Below are positions 26,063-39,721 of a stretch of DNA of 64,000 nucleotides, piece by piece; position 1 is the stretch's first letter; every line of letters begins with the position of its first letter. Source of the DNA: Flaccisagitta enflata (Eukaryota). Under the pieces are notes generated by a model. That model was given only the letters and a program-made list of their open reading frames with translations. It searched no databases and was not told the DNA's origin. Location: the NCBI GenBank assembly GCA_965153355.1, contig OZ231126.1:17546001-17610000 (forward strand), read 5' to 3'. Position numbers and translations under genes: made by a program.

Positions 26063-27003
26063 ATGTGTGTGTGTTGATGTGTCTGATGTGTAGGCGGACA
26101 AATCTATTCCCCTCCAGAACTAAAAGTTTCTTCTTGTTTCCATCCAGGTTAGAGACACACACAAACAAGAAAAACAGACAAAAGAGAAAAGTTTTTCCAC
26201 GAGGGACTAAAAGAAGAAGGTAAATTACGACCGAGAATTAAGACGGAACCTCCCATCTCTCGCCTAAACAAATTGAAACAGGGTTTAGTTCCTTTCTCTA
26301 TTTGGAGATGAGAATTCTGAGGACGGAGAAGCAACAAATTTGAGTGACGACGAGAAACAAGATGGAAGTCGCCGTCGCCACACTCGCCGTCGCCACACTT
26401 CTAATCGATCTCGGTGCCATTGTCATGTTTGTCACGGTTATTTGCATACACTAATATTCGTATGCACACGTAAGCATATATAATTATATATACACTTTTG
26501 AGTAGTCCATGATGATACTTTAACGATGATAAAAATTCAAGAGTTGTAAATGCAGCAAACGACATGACATTGTTGCCCTATTTGTTATGAAAATGACTTG
26601 ATGACGATACCAAAGATGGCACTGGTGACTGCAATAACGGAGATGATATTGGCCACGATGATACCGATGATACCGATGATACCGATGATACCGATGATAG
26701 TAGCCGGAAGGTTTTTGTTGGTAAAAATCGGACGTTACAATTGGAGACGTCACCGAACTGAGTGTACGAGGAGAAAAAGAATGCATCCTTCTTGCCTTCG
26801 GGAAATCATCATTATCAATGTCAAAAAACGAAAAGACCGAGTTAGAATCGGCAAAGAGGAGGAGGAGGAGGAGGAGAGGGGGAGGAAGAAGAAAGAAAGA
26901 AACAAAATTGAGGGTAAGGGAACGATGAGGAGGAGGAGGCGGATGAAGAGGCAGAAACAGGAGATGGTAACAGATCCAAACAACGGAAGGTAGAAATAAA
27001 GTA

Positions 27004-27694
27004 CAGATTCGGACGGAATAAAAGATGTTATATGTCACTTTCTAACCCACCCCACCCTACAGGCCTAACCACAAACAGTAGAGACTTGAAATTTGGTATG
27101 TAAAGTCATTGGGGGAATACTTTTGGGGCCATCAGAGGGATTTTTGAATTTTCGCCCCTGAGCGGAGATATGGGGGTAGGGTGGGTCAACCCCTAGGGGT
27201 CCAAAAATTTTGAAAAATTTTTTTTTAATTTTTTAAATTTTTTTGGTTGTACTAGTTGAATATAGTTTATACAATTGTAAAAATCCAAAAATCAATCAAT
27301 AATTCTCAAAATATACAAAATTATGCACATTTAAAGGTTTGAACTGAATATTTTTTAACTACTAAAAATACCTTTAAAATCACTAAAAATCAGAATTTTA
27401 AAATCATTTTTGGTTTTTCATGTTCACTAAAGCTTGATACAACACATACAATTGAAAAAATACAAAATTTCCAAAAAAAATTTTTTTAGATTTTTCAACC
27501 CTCGGGGGTTGCCCCACCCCACCCCCATAACTCCGCTCGGGGGCGAAAATTCAAAAATCCCTCTGATGGCCCCAAAAGCATTCCCCCAGTGACTTTACAT
27601 ACCAAATTTCAAGTCTCTACCATTATTAGTTTGGTCTGTAGGGTGGGGTGGGTTAGAAAGTGACATATAACATCTTTAATTCCGTCCAAATCTG
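27004..27694. mobile_element. Tc1/mariner-type non-autonomous element with about 240-bp TIRs
   Basis: TA TSD; CAGATTCGGACGGAATAAAAGATGTTATATGTCACTTTCTAACCCACCCCACCCTACAG mirrored at the right end. Confidence 0.85.
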
Positions 27695-28662
27695 TAAGAG
27701 AAGAGAACAGAAATGCTTTGAGGGCAGAAACACGCGCGTGTACAAAACTGTTCATCCTCCCTTCAAACTTGGCTATCTCCTTCTGTTTCATTTATTCATT
27801 CGTTGTCTTTTATCTTCAAAACAACGAAAGGAAAAGAAGGATGTCCGGTCAGCCGAGACGAGGGCAAGAGAGAGAGAGAGATAGAGAGGGAGTTGACTGT
27901 CCAAATGTCTCTGTTTTGCATTCCTATCTAAGCGTGTTTCTAGTAACGTAAGGAGGAGGGGATAAATGCTGTCGATGATTGGCCACTCAATTTAATGAGA
28001 CTGAAATGTTTATTTCCTGGGCCATTCTGCGCCGCTCATGTTTAATACCGATCCGGACCAAATGGGCAATTCTGACCATTTGTGGATTTGTGACTACGAC
28101 TACGAGATATAATTCCCACCAATTCTGGCTTTAATGACAATCCTGTCCAATTCCGAATCATCAATGTTCCCATCATACGAGTTTTGTCTCCGCATGTCCT
28201 CATTGTCCTGGGAAGGATGTCAAAAGATGGTAAAGAAACTTCCCCAGTCGCGTATACTGTCGGACGACGCCAAGCCGACGATAGATGTCTTCACGCTGAC
28301 AATCAATATCGTCACGCTGGCAATCGATGTCGTCACGCTGACAATCGCTGACGTCACGCTGACAGTCGCTTATAACGACGTCATTCGTTCATTGTTATTC
28401 GTGTTTTAATTGCGGGATCGAGGCGTGTTTTTACGTCGCCGAGAAGTGTGACAGGTTTTCTTGAATATAATTATTAAGATGATGACAATCATAACGAGAA
28501 AAACACGCGACAGGAGGTCGGCATTGAAAACGCGTAAAATTGTCATAATGTTAAGTTAAATTTGAATTTCAATTAGAAATCATGACAGACAGAGAGACGG
28601 GAAAGAGGATTTAAAATTCAAGAGACAATGTTGATTTTGAAAAAAAATTTTTTTTCGAAAAT

Positions 28663-28818
<156 letters not shown>

Positions 28819-29115
28819 GACAGAGACAGAGAGAGAGAGACAACAGATCTTTGATTTTTCTCAGCTTTTTTCCAAGACTCCGGGAAATGTCTCCTCGATA
28901 GGCGTAAAAGAACGGAGACGGCCCAAAATTTGAAGAGACGATTTTTTAAACGATCACAAAGAAAAAAAAAATCAAAGAAACAAAGTCGAGAGGCAGAAGT
29001 CGAAATTCAAGAAGGGAAAAAAATTGGGAATCAAAGAAGGGAGAATAAAGAGACAGACAGGAAGAAAGAAAGGAAAAAGAAAGAAAAAAAAGGAAAGGAA
29101 GAAAGGAAAAAAAAC

Positions 29116-29171
<56 letters not shown>

Positions 29172-29205
29172 GAGAAAGAAAGAAAGAAAGAATAAAAGAA
29201 AGAAA

Positions 29206-29262
<57 letters not shown>

Positions 29263-30140
29263 ACAGGAAGCGATGCTGTCGCTGCCACTGCCGCCTTGGA
29301 AGTCAGTGCCTTTTTTGTGGGTTTTCCGTGGTTTCAAGGTTATGAACCACAGATGCCGTCACAGCCACAACCCAAAAACGCCGTCATAGCCACATGTTTA
29401 ATGCCATGTGGTTATGAATAAGATTTTTAGAAACAAGAAAAAAAATAAAGACCACAGAAAATTGAATTTCGGGCGGAAACAGAAAAAAAAAACTAAGAGG
29501 AAGTAAGAATTCTTTAAAGAGATTTTTTAGTGTCTTTGACCCTGAAAAAAAATGAACGTCAGAACCCCGCGACTTTTTTCTTGTGATGGGAAGAAAACTC
29601 AAAATCTTTATTTTCTTTGTAAACAAGAACTGGATGTTTCAAAAAAGTTATCGCTCACGCAATATTACTCTTCAAAGCAAATAAGTTTAAAGCTGGTGAT
29701 TTTTTAGGAAAATACGACTTGTGAAGAGGAGAGAAAGAAGGGTAGAAAAACAGCAAAGAGAAAAAAATCTCGAGTGAAAAAGTAAATAAAAAGAACATAC
29801 AGAAAGAAAATATCAGACACTTAGTCTTAGACAGACACTCAAAGGTCGACAAATAGAAAAAGTTGTTGAAAAAAACTTGAGTTGAAAATCAGGAGGAGTG
29901 GTCATGGAAGAAAGGTACGTAATGCAGTTCCAAACAAATGTTTTTGTAAGGACGAAAGAAAGGGTTATTTAAAGGTGATTCGAGCATGAATACAAAGAGA
30001 GAGAGAGAGAGAGAGAAAAAAAGAAAAACAGAAATTCAAAAGAAAACAGAAAGCAGCAAAAAAAAAAAAAAAAATCCTTAGAAAAGTTAGATGAGTAACA
30101 GAATAAAGTAACATGGAAATGAGAGGATAATCGCATGATA

Positions 30141-30239
<99 letters not shown>

Positions 30240-30874
30240 CGTTGTTGTTGTCCGCGATATCTGATTTTCATGTCCTTATAATGCGCCTTATTGGGTCGTG
30301 CCATCGGATCCTTTTGTGACATGTCAATGTGCTATCTGCTTCAACCGTAAGGGGGGCACACGAAAAACTTTAATGAGATGGGAAACATTTTATCTAGGAA
30401 AAAAAAGAAAGAAAGAAAGAATGAAAGAAAGAAAGAAATAATAAATAAAAAAAAATGTAACGGATTATCACGGGGATTGAAAAAAGACATGACAATGATC
30501 GAAAAAGTCCATGTTAGAAAACCATCGCAAGACACCTGTCAAGCATCGAAAACAAGAGACACAAGGATCGAAAAAAGTCGTGACTAACATACAGAAAAGA
30601 CATGACAATAGTCCAAAATTTAAAAAAAAGACATGGCAAAGAACGTAAAGAGACATGACAAAAAACGTAAAAAAGACATGACAAAAAACGTAAAAAAGAC
30701 ATGTGAAAGGAGCGAGGGAACGAATCGTCGGTAAAATCCTCCAAAGAGAGAAAATAAATCCTCTACGATTCCAAAGATTAAGATGATTCCAAGACTGAGA
30801 ATCGGGAAGAAAGCAGGAAATGTTCTAAAGGTGTGGTAAGTTCACATCAGAGAGCGAAAAACCGTCCTAGCTGA

Positions 30875-31530
30875 AGAGAAGGATGAGGAAGATGAGGAAG
30901 ATGAGGAGGGGTAAGTAGATGAGGAGGGTGATGAAGAGGAAGGTGAGGAAGATGAGGAGGGGTAGGTAGATGAGGAGGCTTAGGGAGAGGAAGGTGAGGA
31001 AGAAGAGGAAGATGAGGAGGGGTAAGTAGATGAGGAGGGTGAAGAAGAGGAAGGTGAGGAAGATGAGGAGGGGTAGGTAGATGAGGAGGGTTAGGGAGAG
31101 GAAGGTTAGGAAGAAGAGGAAGATGAGGAGGGGTAAGTAGATGAGGAGGGTGATGAAGAGGAAGGTGAGGGGAATGAGGAAGATGAACAGGATGGTGAGG
31201 TGGACGTGGAGGATGATGAAGAAATTGAGGTGGATGAGGAGGGGGTTGAGGAAGGGGAAGAGGAAGGTGACGTGGATGAGGAGGGACCTGAAAACAGAAT
31301 AGAGGATGATTATGTTGATGAGGAAGATGATTAGGCAGTTGAGATGGATGAGGAGGGGGTGAGGACAGAAAGGAGGATGGTGAGGTGGACGTGGAAGATT
31401 ATGGTGAGGTGGATAAGAAGATGACGAAGAAGGTGAGGTTGATGTGGAGTGAGTTGAGGACAGAAAAGAGGAAGGTGAGGTGGATGAGGATGATGATGAA
31501 GAAGTTGAGGTGGATGAGGAGCGGGTTCAG
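30875..31530. repeat. Purine-rich compound minisatellite (GATGAGGAGGGGTA(A/G)GTA..GAGGAAGGTGAGGAA)
   Basis: About 50-60-bp units that decay rightward. Confidence 0.75.
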
Positions 31531-31974
31531 GACAAACGGGTCGCCCAAGGGCAATATGTGGTCAGCGATAACCGTTGCCCTGCTTTGTATGATTGTGAAT
31601 TTGAGTGACAGGAAGCAGGGCAGCGGCCCGGAAGGAGACAAAGTCCTGCAGAACACAGGGGACTTTTGTTCATTTGTTTGTTCATGCGTCCGTCTGTCTG
31701 TCCGTCCATCCGAGGCCCTCTCAGGCCTGAAATCTGCCCTCTCAAGCATGAAATCTGTCCTCTCAGTCCTTGAATCTGAGAGGGCAGATTAACAGCCTGT
31801 GAGGACAGATTTCAGGCCTGAGAGGGCCGAACTTAGGCCTGAGAGGGCAGATTTCAGGCCTAAGAGGGCATATTTAAGGCCTGAGCTGGTCTGGAGGGGA
31901 CGAACGAACAAATAAACAAACAAACAAAATTCCCCGTGTTCTACAGGACTTCGTCTCCTTCCGGGCCGCTGCCC
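31531..31974 (-). mobile_element. HINE-like family B relative with (TTCAGGCCTGAGAGGGCAGAT)-like internal repeats
   Basis: GGGCAGCGGCCC..GGGCCGCTGCCC inverted pair, GGTCAGCG..CCGTTGCCC hairpin, GTCC/GTCT tract. Confidence 0.65.
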
Positions 31975-34537
31975 AAAAAGAGGAAGGTGATGTGGATGAG
32001 GATGAATAAGTTGAGGTGGATGCAGAGAGGGTTGTGGACAGAAAAGAGGAAAAAGGGGTTGAGGAGTAATAAAAAAAAATTGCCAGAGGTGAGTGAAGAC
32101 GAAAAGACGATCAGCGTGATGTTGAGTCGATGTGTACTCTTTGACAAATAGGAAAAGAAAAAAACAGGATTAAGATCCGATTAGGTTTGTGAAACCAACA
32201 AACAAACCATGCGAATTCACATTGAATAAAATGCCATCGTTGGCTATCGATGGATGAAAAATAAAAGCAAGGTCATGCCGTCAAACGATACGTTTCCAGT
32301 AAAACAGGTTTAAAAAAACCACAAGCTTTTGATAATGGGAGCCAAGGTGTATGTGCTAGGTCACGTCTGTTTCTTCCTATGCTCATGTGGAAATCATGAT
32401 CACGAATTCTTTTAGCTGTTAACTCCTCAATAATTATTTTGAGTCTATTTTTAAGATATACCGTTTGATTTTGCTGACCAATCGAAAAATCTATCTTTAG
32501 AGATGCGCGAATAAAAAAATCTTCATACCCTAAATTCTCTTTATTCCAATTCGATGACGTATGATTTATTGAATCATTTCTAGAAAGAAAAAAAAGTTCG
32601 ATCCACTTCCAAGAAAATATAAATCGGTATTCATTCCTGAAGTTCATTGAGCCAAAAAAGTAAAACAATAGGCAACCCCCAAATTGTTTTGTTTGAATCA
32701 TCCCAAATTTCACGATTCTCAAGTTGGCCCTCTCTCTTCATAACGCTGTATTATTTACTTTGTAATCGATGACAGAGATTAAGATCATTTAAGTTAAATC
32801 AATTTGAATGGCGCGTCGGTAGTGAGTCATTGACCATTGCTCATGTAGGATGTCAATATGAACATCATGAATTGACTTTCAAAAAAGCCAAGTAGTAACC
32901 AGAAGGCTTCAGCTCGTATTTTGTCGGTTTTAGTGAGAACAGCTTCTTCGAGGGTTGGAATCAAAATGCCAATTCATTGATCAACTAAGAGATGATGATG
33001 ATGATGTTTTTAGTTCAAAGTCTTTTCCACCGAAAAAAATACATTTTTTTTCATTCTCAATGAATTGTTTGTTGACTAATGTACACACGTCCACCCATCA
33101 TTTCCTCAATCATCGACGCAATAAAACAACACTCGAAAACACACACAAAAAAGGCAACTGGAACACCCACGTTCGAGCGTTCTTTGGCCGCCCGCGTCGA
33201 TAACATCCTCATTTGAATTGGGAATGACCGATTGTCCGAGCAGAGGTCGGAGATACATGCTAAATTACATGGCGGTAGTCAAGCCGCTCTCTATTTTTTC
33301 GCACACTTGTGGGAGGCGAAAATAAAGCTGAAGTGTGCCACAAGTGAGTGGGTCAAGAATCAAACCAAAAAGAATACACTGCGTTTGTTCGATCAAGTGA
33401 TTTACAACAGCTCTAAGTAGCAGAGGATAAGACAGCGTCTCCCCGAAGGCAACATTTGTGTTTCAAAGAGAGTCAAAATGGAAATTATGAATGAATAAAA
33501 AAGGAAAAACAAGTGAATGATAGTGATTCAGGTGGCTTAGATATAATATTTAAAATAAAAATTTGCATTCATTTAGCAAGAAAAAGTTTAGCCAATGTTA
33601 CTAACAAAAGTTTTTTGAAAATTTCTCCTTTTTTCACTTTTGGTCACTGACAGGGGGCTGGTTTAAATTCTAGATTTGCATAGAAAAAAAAAAACTGAAA
33701 AAACAAAGAACATAGTTCTCTTCCCAAATCGATTACAGAGTGAACTATGTTTTTCAAAATGCAAAATTTCCCTGTGTATGGCTTTCTTAGAATTTAAACC
33801 ACAGAAAATGAAAAAAAGTGTAAGTAGAAATTTGCTGAAAACCATCATTTTCCTACTTGTTTCCATATGAATTGCATAGTTCAAATTCCTTTTTTTGTCA
33901 GAATATGATAATAAGGTATATACCAAGTGTCTTTAGAGGCAATTTATCTACTAAAAGCGTTCCAGCTCAATCATTGTTGTGATAATGATGCAAAAAGTCT
34001 GGTGAAACACTTAATTTTCCTTCGAAAATTCGCCGTCATAATGGCTTACTGTTACCAATGTGTGAAAAACCGTGAGTACCGGAACGTGTTGGATGAATAC
34101 GCTAGTGAACAAAATGAAAAAAAAGTAAAATAAATGAACGATTTTTTGAATAAATAAATCAATCGTTGAATGATTGACAAGAGGGACGAATTTAAAAGGG
34201 CAAAAGAAGCGATAATTTCATGACAAAGTTGATTGTTGAAACCATTAACAGTCAATAAACGCAATACATGAACGCCTTGAACAAAACCGTAACGGAACGA
34301 TTGAAGGAACAGGAAGACAAAAAATGACCCCTTCAGGGTAAAGTAACCGTCATCAGCTTATTTGTTTTGCTAGGTTCAGGTTGGAAATACAGCTACAGCA
34401 CGTCAACAGGCAGTCAACGCGATACTCAAACTCTTCAAGTGATAGATAACAAATCATAATTCATTCATTCCGCCTTTTGTCTTCTTTGACTGGGACAGTT
34501 GTGAAGTGAAGAAATGTAAACAAAGAATGAATATTAA

Positions 34538-34593
<56 letters not shown>

Positions 34594-34912
34594 ATGTATC
34601 CACACAAAAGGAATACAATAAGGATAGCGGAGATAACCTTCTTCGTTGGTGGAAGATAACCTAAGTTCAAGCAAACAAGATCCCGCTTCCATCAACACCG
34701 ATCACCGCACGATGAAAAAAATGTTGATGAGAAATGTTGAAATAACGATGATGATGCCGATGGAGGGAATGAAGGAGAAGGAATGGAATAGGGAGAGGGA
34801 GCAGAAGAAGAAGAAGAAGAAGAAGAAGAAGAAGAAGAAGAAGAAGAAGAAGAAGAAGAAGAAGAAGAAGAAGAAGAAGAAGAAGGACAAGAAGAAGAAA
34901 AAGAAGAAGAGC

Positions 34913-34946
<34 letters not shown>

Positions 34947-35148
34947 AGAAGAAGAAGAAGAAGAAGAAGAAGAAGAAGAAGAAGAAGGGGAACAAGAAGA
35001 AGAAGGGGAAGAAGAAGAAGAAGAAGGGGAACAAGAAGAAGAAAGAAGAAGAAGAAGAGGAAGAAGAAAAAGAAAAAGAAAGAGAAAAAGAAAAAGAAAA
35101 AGAAAAAGAAAAAGAAGAAGAAAGATTGATGGCTAAGGAAGAAATAAA

Positions 35149-35561
35149 CAAGGCTAAGTGAAGGCCAATAAGTGCGCCTCGCTTGATTAAGAATTTGTGA
35201 ATGAACGTTTTTGATGAATGAAAGAATGAATGAATGAATGAAAGAATGAATGAAAGAATGAATGAATGAATGAATGAATGAATGAATAAATGAATAAATG
35301 AATGAATGAATGAATGAATGAATGAATGAATAAACGAATGAATGAATGAATGAATGAATGAATGAATGAATGAATGAATGAATGAATGAATGAATGAATG
35401 AAAATGAATGTTGTAAGGCATGAAAGGTGATAGGAATGAAGAAATACGTCAGAATGAGCCGTTTTACGCATTTCAAACGTTTGCGTGACCGACCGACCAA
35501 CCGACCGACCAACCAACCAACCCACGGACATGACCTCTTTTAGAAGTGCGAGGACGCACTT
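35149..35561 (-). mobile_element. HINE-like element with (GAAT)n core
   Basis: Reverse complement of the 8011-8192 family. Confidence 0.75.
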
Positions 35562-35837
35562 AAAAAGACTGACCCGATCAATCTCCGACTGTATGACTTC
35601 ACAGCTTCTTTCTTCTTTTTACATCCATGTTTAAACTTACCAAAGCTTAGCAAAAAGGAAATATAATTGGAGAAAAAAAGTTTACCTACCTAATTCTCAG
35701 GAATTCTCCTTCTTTTTCGGGAATTTCAAATTGAAGCATGAAACCAAATTCCATCTTTGATAAAGATGAATAGCTTTGGAAATGAAAGGACTGCGCGATG
35801 ATGATGTGAGAGGGCAGAAATCTTATTCAAATCTAAT

Positions 35838-35928
<91 letters not shown>

Positions 35929-36015
35929 AGAGAGACAGAGAGGACGGTCAGACAGACCGACTTGACAGCAGTCCCAACACAATTAATGATTTGGGTAGTT
36001 ACCTTAGCAGAGTGA

Positions 36016-36076
<61 letters not shown>

Positions 36077-36348
36077 AATGATGATGATGATGATAATGCT
36101 CACTCCCAGCTGATGGGTGTTAATTGCATCAAACTTGCGTTGCTCAAGATTTTGAAAATGTCAACATAAGTTGTGAGCCATGTTTAATTTTGATTGCATT
36201 TCCTTCTTTTCGCGCCTTTCAGCTAAAACCATCTCTTTTTATTCATATGGAGAAAAAAACTTGCTTTTCATCGAATAATGCTATCACTTCCTAACCTGAG
36301 GAGTATACAGATGAGAGAATGAGAGAGAAAGAGAGAAAGAGAGAAAGC

Positions 36349-36450
<102 letters not shown>

Positions 36451-37023
36451 CAGACAGAGACAGACAGAGACAGACAGAGACAGACAGAGACAGACAGACA
36501 GACAGAGAGACAGGAAAAACATATTAGAATCAGGATCAACCAGACATCAGGAAAAAAGATAGCCAGACAATGAAACAACAATGGACACAAAGAGACACAA
36601 AGAGAAATCATTACGCAGTGAAAAGGAAATTGTCGTGCACATGCGTTGTTTTTCGTGTGCACACAATTTGAACCCAGATTCTTGTTTGGTGCCATCGAAG
36701 TTTGTCAATATTGTTTCAGGTGAGGGTGGAAAACAAGAGACTCATTAAAACGACAGAAAATATCGATATCTGGGAGACTGGCACACTTATCAAATGCCTG
36801 GTTTATGGTTAACTATCTACAAATTTTTACTCTTGACTACCAAGCTAAGTTGTGAACAAAATCTGAGTCAATGAAACAACTTTTTTTTCAAGATTATCAA
36901 CAGAAACAAAAAATATCAACAAAACGAATGACGATGGCGAAAGAGCAACAAAAGTTGCCTTGGGTCAGGGGCAAAGGAAGTATTGAGCGTATTGGCTCCT
37001 AACATTAATTTCAATCTGTGTCA

Positions 37024-37219
37024 TTAATTGTGAGTTTTTACGTGTGTTTTAAGATTACCTTTACAGGCAAAACTTGCGTGGCAGATATCGCATTGAAACG
37101 GTTTCTCTTGAGAGTGAATTCTACTATGTAACGTCAGCGAATGTTTTTCGGAAAAAGCCGATGGACACTGAACGCATAAGAATGGTTTCTTGCCGGTGTG
37201 GATTTTTTGATGTGACTAA
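37024..37219 (-). pseudogene. Decayed 3' C2H2 fingers after the premature stop
   Basis: IHTGKKPFLCVQCPSAF and IHSQEKPFQCDICHASFACKGNLKTHVKTHN* can be read across two frameshifts. Confidence 0.8.
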
Positions 37220-38941
37220 CTATGCTTTGCTGGCAAATTCTGATGGACATTGGTCACACTGATAGGGTTTTATACCCAAATGGATACTCTTGTGAGCTTT
37301 AAGATTACTGATTGAGGAAGAAGTAAATGAACATTGATCACATGCGTAAGGTTTTTCTCCCTTGTGCATCATCAAATGAGATCTAAACCCCGAATTATTC
37401 GAGTAACTCTTTGGGCAGAATTCACATTGATATGGTTTTTCTCCAGTATGCGTGCGATTGTGAATCTTCAAATCTTTATTCGTGTAAAACACTGACTGGC
37501 ACAATTCACATTTGATCATTTTTGGATTGTGCTTTTTAGGCGTGGAAGTTGGATCTCCTATTTTTCCATTGTGACTCTTTAAGTGTTTTTTCAGATTACA
37601 TGATTGAGAAAAGGCCGACGGACATAGGTTGCATTTGAAAGGTCTTTCTCCAGTGTGAACTCGCTCATGACTTTTCAATTGGTTACTCTCCGTGAATTCC
37701 TTTGGGCAAAGATTACACTTGTGAGGCTTTTCTCCTAAATGGACTTTTTGGTGAATGCGAAGAGAATTACTGTAACCAAACGTTGATGGGCAATCTTTGC
37801 ACTTATATGGTTTTTCTTCCGTATGGCTTGTCATGTGCAATTTTAAAGATGGTTTTGAAGAGAAAGTCAAAAAACATGTGTCACAACGGTGGAGTTTCAT
37901 TCCGCTGTGAATCCTTTCCTCGTGTCTTTTTAGATTAGACTTTGCACGAAACTGTGCTGGGCATGATTTACATTGAAATGGCTTTTCTCCAGTATGCACC
38001 CTTTGATGATGTGTCAAATAGCTCATTCTCGAAAAAGATGATGAACAGAGTGAACATCTGTAGGGCTTTTCTACGACATCGCGATGGTCTTTGATGTGTT
38101 TGCCAAGGTGAGATTTGGTGCTGAACTTTTGAGGACACAAGTGACATTCAAAACCCTTCTCTCCGCTGTGTATGCTGAGCATGTGATTATTAAGACTGCC
38201 TTTTAAGCGAAACACTGATGGACATAGTTCACATTTAAATGGTTTTTCACCAGTATGGATCATGACATGTTTGTTAAGATGTTTCTTTAAGGCAAAACTC
38301 CTCTGACAAGTTTCGCATTGATAGGGCTTCTCTCCCGTGTGGGTTTTTGTGTGAATAGTTAAGTCCCCCTTTTGAGCAAATGCTGATGGACATTGATTGC
38401 ATTGGTAGGGTTTTTCACCAGTGTGGGTTCGTATATGGTTAGTTAAAGTAGGCTTTTGTGTAAAAGTAGCTGGACACAAGTGACAGTTATAAGGTTTCTC
38501 CCCTGTATGGATCCTCGTATGCGTCTTTAGGGCAGATTTACATGCAAAACTGGCCGGACATACTTCACATTTGAAAGGTCGTTCACCAGTATGAGTCCTC
38601 ATGTGCTGTTCTAGTTTGCTTTTATTTGGAAAGGCAGCGGAACATGATCCACAACTTATTTTTAGTACTTTGATTCCTGAATGAACCTTCATGTGCGTTG
38701 TCAAATCGGATTTCCGTGCAAATGCTGCTTGACATTCGTTACATGCAAATGGTTTTTCTCCAGTATGAATTATAGTATGAGCATCTAGTTTATATCTACT
38801 AACACATGTAGCAAGACATATCTCACATTGTAACGGTTTTTTATCCTTTTGCATTCGGCGCTTAGTAGCGTTTTCTGATTCACTTGAATTTCTAATATTG
38901 TTTTGTGAAACATTCAATTTCATTTCATGCGATTCTTCCAT
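37220..38941 (-). CDS. Tandem C2H2 (Kruppel-type) zinc-finger protein, 18 complete fingers
   Basis: 573-aa uninterrupted ORF with CxxC..HxxxH fingers and TGEKP linkers; the 19th finger is cut by TAG. Confidence 0.92.
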   Translation of the reverse strand: MEESHEMKLNVSQNNIRNSSESENATKRRMQKDKKPLQCEICLATCVSRYKLDAHTIIHTGEKPFACNECQAAFARKSDLTTHMKVHSGIKVLKISCGSCSAAFPNKSKLEQHMRTHTGERPFKCEVCPASFACKSALKTHTRIHTGEKPYNCHLCPATFTQKPTLTNHIRTHTGEKPYQCNQCPSAFAQKGDLTIHTKTHTGEKPYQCETCQRSFALKKHLNKHVMIHTGEKPFKCELCPSVFRLKGSLNNHMLSIHSGEKGFECHLCPQKFSTKSHLGKHIKDHRDVVEKPYRCSLCSSSFSRMSYLTHHQRVHTGEKPFQCKSCPAQFRAKSNLKRHEERIHSGMKLHRCDTCFLTFSSKPSLKLHMTSHTEEKPYKCKDCPSTFGYSNSLRIHQKVHLGEKPHKCNLCPKEFTESNQLKSHERVHTGERPFKCNLCPSAFSQSCNLKKHLKSHNGKIGDPTSTPKKHNPKMIKCELCQSVFYTNKDLKIHNRTHTGEKPYQCEFCPKSYSNNSGFRSHLMMHKGEKPYACDQCSFTSSSISNLKAHKSIHLGIKPYQCDQCPSEFASKA

Positions 38942-39227
38942 CTTCGGCTTAAATTCCTTTTTTTTTTTTCATTTAGGTCTTCGAGGCAGGGAGGAAAAAC
39001 GTTCGATCATCAAAGTAGTGAGCGAAGAAACATGCACTTCTTTAAAAGGGCACTCAGGACAGCGAATGGGAGTAGGATATCATTCGACGACAAGGACCAC
39101 AGATTTTAAGTATGGAGCGAGCATTTGAGGCTTAGATCACGGATTTGAGACGAAAGGCACTATGGCTAACAGACGGGCCGATTGGACCTGATTAACTTTA
39201 ATCTGCTCGGCGCGACAGAGTTCTGCG

Positions 39228-39337
<110 letters not shown>

Positions 39338-39573
39338 ATATACACACAGTCTTGTCTAACATACGACCGCGGATTGGCGAGTCATTTTCATTGATCATTT
39401 CTAGCAACACTGTCTGATTGTGCGATTCTCGGGCAGATGCGTTGTTTTCCGTGTGTACACAATTTGATCCCAGATTCTTGTTCGGTGCTCGTTAATATAA
39501 TTTCAGGTGAGAGCGTAGAGCAAAAGTCAACAGGAATCGTCGATACGCCACAGCGTGATATGTTTAAATGTAT

Positions 39574-39721
39574 CAAGGCCGAATACACGGCCACCAGTAA
39601 CGGACGGGTGGGCAGGGGCGGCTATGCGCGTTTTCCCACTTTTCGACTCGATCAGCTCTACGGACCGACCGACCGACGGACGGACGGACAAAGCCTCTTA
39701 TAGAGTTGCGTATCCGCAACT
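39574..39721 (-). mobile_element. HINE-like element
   Basis: caaggccgaatacacggc..gggtgggcagggg..GACC/GACG tract..agagttgcgtatccgcaact. Confidence 0.65.

Noticed and set aside
32273-32722. 149-aa - strand ORF
   Set aside because: AT-rich, with no motif or splice support that I can recognise.
34646-35512. Poly-K/E/F/S ORFs (also 28930-29421, 44229-45015, 54196-54833)
   Set aside because: Translations of (AAG)n, (AAAG)n, (GAAT)n and (AAC)n microsatellites.
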